Sequence record: SRR2962707_940
DNA length: 64,000 nucleotides
Strand: one strand, 5' to 3'
Shown here: in pieces, positions 42,421-51,099 of the stretch
How positions within the stretch are numbered: the stretch's first letter is position 1
Layout of the letters: each line of letters starts with the position of its first letter
Notes under the pieces: model-generated
The model's input: only the letters and a program-made list of their open reading frames with translations
Databases searched by the model: none
Told to the model about the DNA's origin: nothing
Program-made: the position numbers and the translations under genes

Positions 42421-42536
42421 TGGTGCTCCCGCTATGCGGGGCCGGATGCCCGAGTATAGAACTTGCGCCCCATCTTCTATGCTCTTTGTTGTAGTTTTCA
42501 CGGACCAGAGAAAATTATGATGGGCGTCCGGTACCA
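42421..42536 (+). ncRNA. Candidate structured small RNA of unknown family
   Basis: Five nested helices cover almost all 116 nt; every non-WC pair is G-U on the + strand; TTGACA at 42382-42387. Confidence 0.55.
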
Positions 42537-42552
42537 ATTCTCCTTAAATCGC

Positions 42553-43158
42553 TTAGTTTTTGATTATGAGGCTTATGGCTATCGATGCCATAATGACCGC
42601 GATTAAGAAATCTAATACGCGCCACGCAAGCGGCTTTGCGAAAAGCGGTTGTAAGAGCCGCGCACCATAACCAAGCGCAAAAAACCACACAAATGATGCT
42701 GCGACAGCGCCCAATGCAAATGCTAAGCGCGCACTTTCCATATAGGCGGTCGAAAGACTGCCGAGCAGAACCACCGTATCAAGATAGACATGGGGGTTAA
42801 GAAACGTCAGCGCGAGGCAGCTGCTCAGCGCGATTTTAAGCGGCATAAGCTTTGCTTCTGCGGCGACAAGTACATCAGGGTGAATGGCCCTTCGCAGCGC
42901 TATCAAGGCATAGCCAATAAGGAATAATGCCCCGCCCCATTTAGCAATCGAGAGCAGCACAGCATTGGCGGAGATAATGGCGCCAAAGCCGCCCACGCCA
43001 AGCGTAATCAGCACCGCATCTGAAAGTGCGCACACCAAACATAAAATGAAAACATGCTCGCGCAGCAACCCTTGGCGCAAGATGAATGCGTTTTGTGCGC
43101 CAATGGCGATAATGAGTGAAGCGCCAAGGCCAAAGCCGGCTATTGCTGCTGAAAACAC
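42553..43158 (-). CDS. LysE/ArgO family amino-acid exporter
   Basis: IAIGAQNAFILRQG and TFLNPHVYLDT. Confidence 0.93.
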   Translation of the reverse strand: MFSAAIAGFGLGASLIIAIGAQNAFILRQGLLREHVFILCLVCALSDAVLITLGVGGFGAIISANAVLLSIAKWGGALFLIGYALIALRRAIHPDVLVAAEAKLMPLKIALSSCLALTFLNPHVYLDTVVLLGSLSTAYMESARLAFALGAVAASFVWFFALGYGARLLQPLFAKPLAWRVLDFLIAVIMASIAISLIIKN

Positions 43159-43172
43159 GAAGACTGCCTACA

Positions 43173-43937
43173 TCAAAAGAGAGAAGCCTGCGCATCATCA
43201 TCACGCGGCCTAGGGTTTACCGATTTGGCAGAAAACTGTTTGGCTGTCACGGGCTTTTGAATCTCCGGTCCGGTGTTTGCCACCTTGTTGACTTGATCGG
43301 AAACGGGGATTGCTTCTAACACCCCCTGCTCTGGTGCTTTGAGCAAATCTGCAACATGGCGCGGCTCTTGGCTGCGGCAATCGAGCCAGCGGGCGAAATC
43401 AGCTTGGTCAAGCATCACCGGCATGCGGTGATGGATCGGCATAAATTCTTTGTTGGAACCCACAGTGAGAATAGCAGCAGTATCCATCTCCGCGCCTTCC
43501 TTGTTCATATAAATCTCGCTAAGCGCGGCAAAGCCAACGATGCCGCCGTCTTTTGGACGCACCCAATAGGCTTGGCTTTGACCGCTTTCCTTATCGCGCT
43601 GCCATTCATAAAAACCGGATGCAGGAATGATGGACCGGCGATGGCGCATGGCGTTGCGAAATGATGGTTTTGTTTCCGCCGTTTCAGAACGCGCGTTAAT
43701 CAGCAACGGAAAATCGCTCGGGTCTTTGACCCAGCTTGGCAGCAAACCCCAACGCATGAGCTGGGCTTCGCGGTCAGGCAGGTTTGAACCCGCTTCACGC
43801 GGCATAGTCGCCGTGACAACCAAAATCGGCTGTGTCGGCGCAATATTATAGCGCGGCGGAAAGGCTTCTAGGCCAGCAACCGCAAAAAAGGCTTCAACCT
43901 CTTCTGGGCTGTGAAGGAGTGAAAAACGACCGCACAT
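43173..43937 (-). CDS. SOS response-associated peptidase (SRAP/YedK/HMCES)
   Basis: MCGRF N terminus, RYNIAPTQ, INARSET, GFYEW, HHRMPV. Confidence 0.95.
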   Translation of the reverse strand: MCGRFSLLHSPEEVEAFFAVAGLEAFPPRYNIAPTQPILVVTATMPREAGSNLPDREAQLMRWGLLPSWVKDPSDFPLLINARSETAETKPSFRNAMRHRRSIIPASGFYEWQRDKESGQSQAYWVRPKDGGIVGFAALSEIYMNKEGAEMDTAAILTVGSNKEFMPIHHRMPVMLDQADFARWLDCRSQEPRHVADLLKAPEQGVLEAIPVSDQVNKVANTGPEIQKPVTAKQFSAKSVNPRPRDDDAQASLF

Positions 43938-43955
43938 TAGCTGTTCGCCATCCGA

Positions 43956-44510
43956 TTAAAGCCCATTGCTATACGCATATCGATCTGCCCTTCGCTCGGC
44001 GCGGTTCAGCTCGCTTTGCAACTGAAATAGCTTCAAGCGTTTCAATTCGATATCCAAGCGCAAGCTGCCGCGCTCCTCTGGCGATCTATCGCGCATATCA
44101 TCAATATCATCTTCGATGTCACTTGTTAGTCTCTCTATTGCAGAGCGTGCATTATATACATCACGCCCAACCGCATAGGCGGCATTAAAGCGGGTTGATA
44201 GATCGACCGGACACGCATTGTTGTTGGTTCTGCCCGCTTTGCCTTTGGCCAGCCCATTGGCAGGTGTGCAATACTTGCGAATCGAAATGCTCCATCCGCT
44301 TTTCCAAGCCGACTGGTCCGGCGCAATGCCAAATTTGCTGCAGGCTTTTACATGATTTGCGATGTAGCTGGAATTTCTGCCAGATTGTCCATCCCTGTTG
44401 CCCAGATCATACCAATCAACAACATTGCATTCGTCTTCGTTTAACGTGGCGCATCCGCTAAATGCCAAAGGCACGAGTAGTGCGAGCGTAACGATCAATT
44501 TGTTTTGCAC
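43956..44510 (-). CDS. DUF2799-like lipoprotein
   Basis: GTG 44510 with SD AGGGGG; lipobox FSG|C; EC..DWY..G..DG..G, ACSKFG, YC, ACP pattern; coiled-coil tail. Confidence 0.75.
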   Translation of the reverse strand: MQNKLIVTLALLVPLAFSGCATLNEDECNVVDWYDLGNRDGQSGRNSSYIANHVKACSKFGIAPDQSAWKSGWSISIRKYCTPANGLAKGKAGRTNNNACPVDLSTRFNAAYAVGRDVYNARSAIERLTSDIEDDIDDMRDRSPEERGSLRLDIELKRLKLFQLQSELNRAERRADRYAYSNGL

Positions 44511-44600
44511 GTTGGTATCCCCCTGCCGAAATAAGATAGTATAGGGATAAGAACACAATTGAACCTATCAAATCGACCCCAAAGTGAGGATTGCTGAAAA

Positions 44601-45026
44601 TTGACCGTTCAAAATGCTCAATTGGCCGTATCGGTTGCTCTGCGCCACCGCGACAATGGGAAATTCTTGCTTGTGCTGCGCGGACGTGCCCCTTCCAAGG
44701 GTGAATGGGCATTTGCCGGTGGCAAAGTGCATTTTGGCGAAACATTGGTCGAGGCCGCAGCCCGTGAATTGATGGAAGAAACCGGCCTTGAGGCGGATGC
44801 GCTTGAACCGTGCGCTTCATATGAAATTATCCAAAAAACTGAGGAAGCAGACAGCCCCGCGCATCATTATTATCTCGTCGTCCATTCAGGATTTGGCAGC
44901 GGCGAACCGATTGCCGCAGACGATGCAGATGAAGCGCGCTGGGTTTCACTAAAGGAAGCCAAATCAATGCCGCTCACCGATTCGACGATGGAAATTATGG
45001 ATCGTCTTTGGCTCGATAAAAATTGA
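44601..45026 (+). CDS. NUDIX hydrolase
   Basis: Nudix box GKVHFGETLVEAAARELMEETGL. Confidence 0.92.
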   Translation: MTVQNAQLAVSVALRHRDNGKFLLVLRGRAPSKGEWAFAGGKVHFGETLVEAAARELMEETGLEADALEPCASYEIIQKTEEADSPAHHYYLVVHSGFGSGEPIAADDADEARWVSLKEAKSMPLTDSTMEIMDRLWLDKN

Positions 45027-45134
45027 TTTTCAGCATCCACGCGGCAAATATTACGCAAATAGTCCTTTTTTCCGCCGCCATTTCATGAAACAAGCGGTTC
45101 ATCAAAGCGAAGAAGTTTGGGCGTTGCTGCATAG

Positions 45135-45533
45135 ATGGAACATATATTTCGATATAGTAATTTGATGGCTACGCTTTGTGTTGCTGTGATTTTGGCTGTT
45201 TCTAACCCAACGATTAGCCGCTCGGCTGAACAGGCTGGCGTTTACGACGTTCAAATGGAGCGCTTGGCCGAAGTTTTGGGCTCAATTCATTATCTGCGAA
45301 ATTTATGCGGTGAGAAATCCAATCAATGGCGCGAGCAGATGGATGATCTTTTGGATGTGGAAAGACCAACTGCAGCGCGGCGCGCAAGACTTGTTGCGCG
45401 GTTTAATAAAGGCTATCGCAGCTTTGCGAGTGTTTACCTAGAATGCACAGATCAGGCGAGAAGCATTGTTTCGCGCTATATGGCAGAAGGGCAAGCACTC
45501 ACCAATGATATGGTTGCACGTTACGCCGAGTGA
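45135..45533 (+). CDS. TIGR02301 family protein
   Basis: RLAEVLGSIHYLRNLC, WREQM, FNKGYRSF...C; signal peptide; start uncertain. Confidence 0.8.
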   Translation: MEHIFRYSNLMATLCVAVILAVSNPTISRSAEQAGVYDVQMERLAEVLGSIHYLRNLCGEKSNQWREQMDDLLDVERPTAARRARLVARFNKGYRSFASVYLECTDQARSIVSRYMAEGQALTNDMVARYAE

Positions 45534-45629
45534 AATTTACCAAGAGTTGATTTATGTTGGCTGCAGCCGATACAATCACTTTTTCTATGCTAAAGTGCAG
45601 CGGAATAGATGGAATATAGGTCTTAGTAT

Positions 45630-45893
45630 ATGATTACCGACGAAAAATTAGCGGAACTCGATGAAGTTATCGCTCAAGAAAAACGCTCTGCAGCACGCGA
45701 AATGCAGACGGAAACTTGGGCTGATGGTATTATTGAAGGCATTGAAGCTGAGATTCTTGCCGACGCCGCAATTGCAACAGCGCTGGAAGAGATCATCCGC
45801 ACGTCTGGTGAAGATGCTGCGCTTGATATCATCGCGACTTTGCGAGACCGTGTTATTGCCGGTGAGTTTTTACCTAGCCGAACCCTACAATAG
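45630..45893 (+). CDS. Conserved hypothetical acidic protein
   Basis: 87-aa ORF with host-like codon usage; WADGIIEGIE...GEF; ends RTLQ. Confidence 0.7.
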   Translation: MITDEKLAELDEVIAQEKRSAAREMQTETWADGIIEGIEAEILADAAIATALEEIIRTSGEDAALDIIATLRDRVIAGEFLPSRTLQ

Positions 45894-45922
45894 GCCCAAT
45901 GTTCTTGGTGCCATGAGATTTA

Positions 45923-46621
45923 ATGGGCATGAAGAGAATGCAATCAAATAGACTATTGAGTTTAAAAGCCATCACTGTCGCGCTCGTGCTTGCGAGCGCA
46001 TGTGCCGTTCCACTAAGTGGCCCTGCATTCGCCCAAACTGGCACTGAGATCGCGCCAGCGCCATCGGACGCAATTCCCCTTCCCGAACCGATTCGAAATG
46101 CGGGCAAGCCTATGGTTATTCCGCCAGACGATTTTGCGCCCGAAGAGGCAAAAAAAGTCGAAGTTCTCTACGATATAGACAGTTTGCCTGCGCCGGTTAA
46201 GCGGATGCGCGAATTGATTATAGAAGCGGCGAAAACCGGTGTCCTTGAAAATTTGCGGGCGCTTTTAGGCTCCGGCGATAACCGCACGGAAATTTCCTAT
46301 GGCGATGTCAATGGCGACCCAATTGAAGTGTTGCATTCGCAATCCGGTGATCCTGACGGCCAAGAAATTCTAGCGATTTTAACAGAAGTGCTTGAGGCCG
46401 GCTATGTGCATTTGGATGAAGGCACGGAGCGCGAGCTTTATGTCTGGCCGTATTTTTATGCCATGCAGCTTGAAAAGCTAACGCCGGTTCAGCGCGTTGA
46501 GCTGTTCAAACTGGTCACAGCGGGCGACTATGAGGAAATGGTTTCCTTTGGCGCCTATATCTTTTTCCGAGTTGGCATAACGCCCGATGGGCGCTGGATA
46601 TTCTTCATCGCGGGCGATTAG
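45923..46621 (+). CDS. Conserved hypothetical exported protein
   Basis: Signal peptide, Pro-rich linker, YVWPYF, GAYIFFRVGI, WIFFIAGD; start uncertain. Confidence 0.75.
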   Translation: MGMKRMQSNRLLSLKAITVALVLASACAVPLSGPAFAQTGTEIAPAPSDAIPLPEPIRNAGKPMVIPPDDFAPEEAKKVEVLYDIDSLPAPVKRMRELIIEAAKTGVLENLRALLGSGDNRTEISYGDVNGDPIEVLHSQSGDPDGQEILAILTEVLEAGYVHLDEGTERELYVWPYFYAMQLEKLTPVQRVELFKLVTAGDYEEMVSFGAYIFFRVGITPDGRWIFFIAGD

Positions 46622-47952
46622 AATTTCGGCAGCGCTTCCTGAAACTGTACTGCTTGACCATTGTTTGGCGTTACAATCTCAGCTTCCCACATCACGCGCC
46701 TACCGCGAATGATCGTGCCAACAGGCCAGCCAGTCACTTCTTTCCCATCATAGGGTGTCCAGCCTGCTTTTGAGCCAGCTTGCGCATTGGTGATCGTCAC
46801 TTTGCGTTTCAAATCGACAATCGCAAAGTCAGCATCCCACCCCACAGCAACGCGGCCCTTACGGGCAATGCCAAACAGACGCTGCGGACCGTGCGAAGCC
46901 AAATCGACCAGCCGCTCAAGGCTTAGGCGGCCAGCATTTACATGATCAAGCATGATCGGCAACAATGTTTGCACGCCTGTCATGCCAGATGGTGACGCTG
47001 GATAAGGCTTTGCCTTTTCTTCAAGCAAATGCGGCGCATGATCTGAACCCAGCACATCAATGATGCCCTGTGTCACACCTTCCCAAATGCCAGCCTTATG
47101 ACGCGCTTCGCGCACAGGCGGGTTCATCTGAATGAGATTGCCAAGCGTTGCGTAATCATCGGCTGTGAATGTCAAATGGTGCGGGGTTACTTCGCAGCTT
47201 GCAACATCCTTATTGGCAGCGAGAAAAGGTATCTCTTCGGCTGTTGAAATATGCAGCACGTGAATACGTGCGCGCTCTTTGCGCGCAATCGCAACAAGAC
47301 GCTGCGTACATTGCAAGGCGGCAATTTCATCGCGCCAAACAGGATGCGATGACGGATCGCCTTCAACGCGCAAATCCATACGCTCGCGCAGACGATATTC
47401 GTCCTCAGAATGGAAAGCAGAGCGGCGGCGCGTATTGCGCAAAATTGAAGCAACGCCCTCATCATCTTCCACCAGCAAATTGCCGGTTGATGAACCCATG
47501 AAAACTTTAATACCAGCAGCGCCCGGCAAGCGCTCTAGCTCGCCAACATCGGCTGCATTCTCGCGCGTGCCGCCTACCCAAAACGCAAAATCAGAATGCA
47601 TACGGTTGGTTGCCCGTTTCACCTTATCGGCAAGCGCGGCTTCGTCTGTTGTTAGCGGATTGGTGTTTGGCATTTCGAAAACAGAAGTCACACCGCCCAG
47701 CACTGCGGCCAGCGAACCTGTTTCCAAATCTTCTTTGTGTTCGAGGCCCGGCTCGCGAAAATGTACTTGGCTATCTATAACGCCTGGCAAAATGTGAAGG
47801 CCAGCGCAGTCAATAATCTCGTCGCCAGCGCTTTCAGCAATCGAACCAATATGCGCGATGCGGCCATCTTTAATGCCGATATCGCGCTGACCAATACCGT
47901 CATGATTGACGAGCGTGCCGCCTTTTAAAACCAGATCAAAAACGTTCATCAA
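46618..47952 (-). CDS. pyrC: Dihydroorotase
   Basis: DSQVHFREPG, EMPNTNP, MNPP, GSDHAPH. Confidence 0.88.
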   Translation of the reverse strand: MMNVFDLVLKGGTLVNHDGIGQRDIGIKDGRIAHIGSIAESAGDEIIDCAGLHILPGVIDSQVHFREPGLEHKEDLETGSLAAVLGGVTSVFEMPNTNPLTTDEAALADKVKRATNRMHSDFAFWVGGTRENAADVGELERLPGAAGIKVFMGSSTGNLLVEDDEGVASILRNTRRRSAFHSEDEYRLRERMDLRVEGDPSSHPVWRDEIAALQCTQRLVAIARKERARIHVLHISTAEEIPFLAANKDVASCEVTPHHLTFTADDYATLGNLIQMNPPVREARHKAGIWEGVTQGIIDVLGSDHAPHLLEEKAKPYPASPSGMTGVQTLLPIMLDHVNAGRLSLERLVDLASHGPQRLFGIARKGRVAVGWDADFAIVDLKRKVTITNAQAGSKAGWTPYDGKEVTGWPVGTIIRGRRVMWEAEIVTPNNGQAVQFQEALPKF

Positions 47953-48047
47953 TTTTGCTCCTGCTCGTCATTATGCCGCTTACATACTTGCGATACCACA
48001 TTATCGGGCTTACGTATCAGTGACCAATTTTGCAAGGGATACGCGCT

Positions 48048-48884
48048 TTGCCGCACATCATTTTAGACAACCGATCATTGATTACATTTGAAGGGCCGGA
48101 TGCGACGCATCTGCTGCACAATGTGATCACCTGTAACATTGAAGGTCTAAAAGAAGGCATTGCGCAAATAGCCGGATTGCTGACGCCGCAAGGCAAAATA
48201 ATGTTCGATTTCTTTGTCAGCAAAGCGGGCGACAATCATTTTTTTGTCGATATTGAAAAGGCGCAAGCGGCTGCTTTTATCCAGCGCATGACGATGTATC
48301 GCCTGCGTTCAAAGGTCGAAATTACTGAGTCATATGAATCACTTGTGGCGGTTTGTTGGGGCGATGATTCACCAAGTTCAAGTGATGGATTACGTGACTG
48401 CCGGTTCAAAGATATCGATGTTTATCGTTGCCCTGCCACTGCTGAATCAGCAACGGGCACAGAGGCATTCGATGCGTTGCGCATTGCGCATGGCATTCCC
48501 GAAAGCGGCAAAGATTATGCGCTTAGTGATGTCTTTCCGCACGATGTTTCCTTTGACCAAAACGGCGGCGTGGACTTTAAAAAAGGTTGTTATATCGGCC
48601 AAGAAGTTGTCAGCAGAATGCACCATCGCAGCACCGCGCGTCGACGCATTTTGATTGCTCAAACAGCTATAAACTTTGACGGCGTTAATGTTACGGCCGG
48701 CGGCAAAGCAATTGGCATATTGGGCACCATCGTTGACAATCAAGCACTGGCGCTGTGCCGCATAGACCGCGCAAAAGATGCGATCGATGCGGACACTCCT
48801 GTTGTAGTTGGCGAAAGCGAAATAACCCTCAGCTTGCCGCCGCATGTGAGCTATGATTGGCCAAAAGAGGCAAGCGATGGCTGA
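48048..48884 (+). CDS. ygfZ: Folate-binding Fe-S/tRNA-modification protein YgfZ
   Basis: LLTPQGKI and KGCYIGQEVV motif; probable TTG start at 48048. Confidence 0.92.
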   Translation: MPHIILDNRSLITFEGPDATHLLHNVITCNIEGLKEGIAQIAGLLTPQGKIMFDFFVSKAGDNHFFVDIEKAQAAAFIQRMTMYRLRSKVEITESYESLVAVCWGDDSPSSSDGLRDCRFKDIDVYRCPATAESATGTEAFDALRIAHGIPESGKDYALSDVFPHDVSFDQNGGVDFKKGCYIGQEVVSRMHHRSTARRRILIAQTAINFDGVNVTAGGKAIGILGTIVDNQALALCRIDRAKDAIDADTPVVVGESEITLSLPPHVSYDWPKEASDG

Positions 48885-49509
48885 CCAAAAATCAGCGCCT
48901 AAACGCGCATGGCAGCGCATGTTATCGGGCCGCCGCCTTGACCTTTTAGATCCCTCGCCTGTCGATGTTGAGATTGAAGATATCGCGCATGGCCTTGCGC
49001 GCGTTGCGCGATGGAATGGTCAGACCAGCGGCGCGCACGCTTTTTCGGTTGCGCAGCACTCTCTGCTTGTAGAACTCATTGTCGGGCGTATCGCCAAAGC
49101 GCCTGCGCCGCCACTGCTGCTGATGGCGCTACTTCATGATGCGCCTGAATATGTGATCGGCGATATGATTTCACCCTTCAAGCAAGCCATTGGCGCGGGT
49201 GGCTATCATAAGGTTGAAGAGCGTTTGCAAAGCGCGATTAATCTGCGTTTTGGGCTGGCAGGCCAAACACCTGCCGCGACCAAAAAGATCATCAAAAAGG
49301 CCGATCAAATAGCCGCCTATTATGAGGCGACCAAATTGGCTGGCTTTTCACAAGATGAGGCAATCATCTATTTTGGCCGTCCTGAAGGCGTGACGCCCGA
49401 TGGTTTGCCGCTAGAGCCAATGACAACCAGTGACGCACAAAATGCGTTCTTGGCGCGTTTTAACGCGCTTGCCGACCTGTTTAACCCCACACGTGCTAAA
49501 ACGAGCTAA
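48877..49509 (+). CDS. HD-domain hydrolase (YfbR-like 5'-deoxynucleotidase)
   Basis: RWNGQT, SVAQHS, LLHDAPEY, KKAD; ATG 48877 overlaps the end of ygfZ. Confidence 0.88.
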   Translation: MADQKSAPKRAWQRMLSGRRLDLLDPSPVDVEIEDIAHGLARVARWNGQTSGAHAFSVAQHSLLVELIVGRIAKAPAPPLLLMALLHDAPEYVIGDMISPFKQAIGAGGYHKVEERLQSAINLRFGLAGQTPAATKKIIKKADQIAAYYEATKLAGFSQDEAIIYFGRPEGVTPDGLPLEPMTTSDAQNAFLARFNALADLFNPTRAKTS

Positions 49510-49511
49510 TC

Positions 49512-50048
49512 ATGTCCTATTTTGCGGTTTGTCCGCTTTCTAAAGTTGCGCAAACAGTAACCAGCAACAAAGCCAGCCATTTATTGACCGTGCTATCAGA
49601 TGCGCAGGATGTGCCGCGGATAGCTTCCATCAAGGAAGGCAATCATCTGGCGCTCGGCTTTAATGATATTTCATTGCCGCTTGATGGCCACATCATGCCA
49701 GAAGCCCATGATGTGCTGCAGATCATCAATTTTGTACGCGCATGGGATCAGCAAGCACCAATGTGCGTGCATTGCTGGATGGGCGTATCGCGCTCTACGG
49801 CTTCTGCCTATATCGGCGTTATGGCGCTCAATCCTGATCTTGATGAGTTTGAACTTGCCAAAGCGCTACGCTGGGCCGCGCCATTTGCTACGCCCAACCA
49901 GACCATGATTGCGCTCGCAGATGAGTTACTTGACCGACAAGGGCGTATGATAGAGGCTATCGCTTCGATTGGACGCGGCGCGAACGCCTATGAAGGCACG
50001 CCATTCGTGTTCCCGCTTAATCCGCAAGCGGTTTATGTGACTGATTAA
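49512..50048 (+). CDS. Protein-tyrosine/dual-specificity phosphatase family protein
   Basis: HCWMGVSRS (CX5R), FNDI, ATPN. Confidence 0.88.
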   Translation: MSYFAVCPLSKVAQTVTSNKASHLLTVLSDAQDVPRIASIKEGNHLALGFNDISLPLDGHIMPEAHDVLQIINFVRAWDQQAPMCVHCWMGVSRSTASAYIGVMALNPDLDEFELAKALRWAAPFATPNQTMIALADELLDRQGRMIEAIASIGRGANAYEGTPFVFPLNPQAVYVTD

Positions 50049-50156
50049 TATCCGTATCACGGATACTTTATTTCCATAACGATGCTACTTTGGGCTAGCA
50101 AAAGCCGCGTGACGCATAAATCCACATTAGAGACTTGCTAAAAATAGGACGAATTA

Positions 50157-51023
50157 ATGGATGAACTAAAACTAAGCATTGCAGATTTAGGTGATAATTT
50201 AGACGGACTTGTCGCGACAGTGGGTGGCCTTGCCGTAGAATATACATTCTCTGTTCTGGGCGCGATTGTCCTGCTTATTATCGGTTTCATGGTTGCTGGC
50301 CAAATTCGCCGAGGCGTTTATGCCGGCATCAAAAAAACCAAAAATGCAGATGAAACACTTGCGCGGTTTATCTCTAAAGTAGCGCGCTATGCGGTGTTGA
50401 CTGTCGTCCTTGTGATGGTCTTATCGCAGTTTGGCGTTCAAACGGCGTCGATCATCGCTGCGATGGGTGCTGCTGGTCTTGCTGTTGGTTTGGCCTTGCA
50501 AGGCACACTGCAAAATGTGGCGGCTGGCCTCGTACTGCTATTGCTGCGCCCATTTCGAGTTGGCGACTATGTTGATTGCGGCACTGTTAGCGGTGTGGTG
50601 CAGGAAATCGGGCTTTTTGCGACTGAGTTTAAAACACTCGATGGCCTCTATGTGCTAGCGCCGAATTCGTCTGTTTGGGGCACGCCGGTTAAAAACTATA
50701 ACAGGCATAAAGTACGCCGTTTCGACCTTACAATCGGCATTGGTTATAGCGATGATATTGACCTGGCCATGAAAACGATGCGCGATTTGGTCGATAAGCA
50801 CGAATTGGTGCTAGATAATCCAGAGCCGTTCTTGTTTGTGGATTCGCTTGGCGATAGCGCGGTTGGCGTTACTTGCCGCTTCTGGACGAAAACTGCCGAT
50901 TGGTGGCCAACAACGCGCGAACTCACCAAACAAGCAAAAGAAGCGTTTGATAAAGCTGGGCTTTCCATCCCATTTCCGCAGCGCGATGTGCACTACATTC
51001 CACTGCCGAATAAAGCCGACTAA
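50157..51023 (+). CDS. mscS: Small-conductance mechanosensitive channel
   Basis: GAAGLAVGLALQG, RPFRVGD, IPFPQR. Confidence 0.92.
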   Translation: MDELKLSIADLGDNLDGLVATVGGLAVEYTFSVLGAIVLLIIGFMVAGQIRRGVYAGIKKTKNADETLARFISKVARYAVLTVVLVMVLSQFGVQTASIIAAMGAAGLAVGLALQGTLQNVAAGLVLLLLRPFRVGDYVDCGTVSGVVQEIGLFATEFKTLDGLYVLAPNSSVWGTPVKNYNRHKVRRFDLTIGIGYSDDIDLAMKTMRDLVDKHELVLDNPEPFLFVDSLGDSAVGVTCRFWTKTADWWPTTRELTKQAKEAFDKAGLSIPFPQRDVHYIPLPNKAD

Positions 51024-51044
51024 GCAATTCTTGTTGCTGAAATT

Positions 51045-51072
51045 AAAATGGGTGCCTTTCGGCACCCATTTT
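51045..51072. terminator. Bidirectional terminator between mscS and NCS1
   Basis: AAAATGGGTGCC-TTTC-GGCACCCATTTT, a perfect 12-bp stem. Confidence 0.85.
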
Positions 51073-51099
51073 GCATTTTAATAATTGTTCAAATAAACA

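Noticed and set aside
42421-42450. Minus-strand ...GGGAGCACCA resembling a tRNA 3' end or att site
   Set aside because: No TTCRA T-loop, no cloverleaf and no integrase; the G-U pattern favours the + strand.
44551-44564. GAAC-N6-GAAC upstream of DUF2799-SRAP as a LexA box
   Set aside because: The alphaproteobacterial LexA box has a 7-nt spacer; this one has 6.
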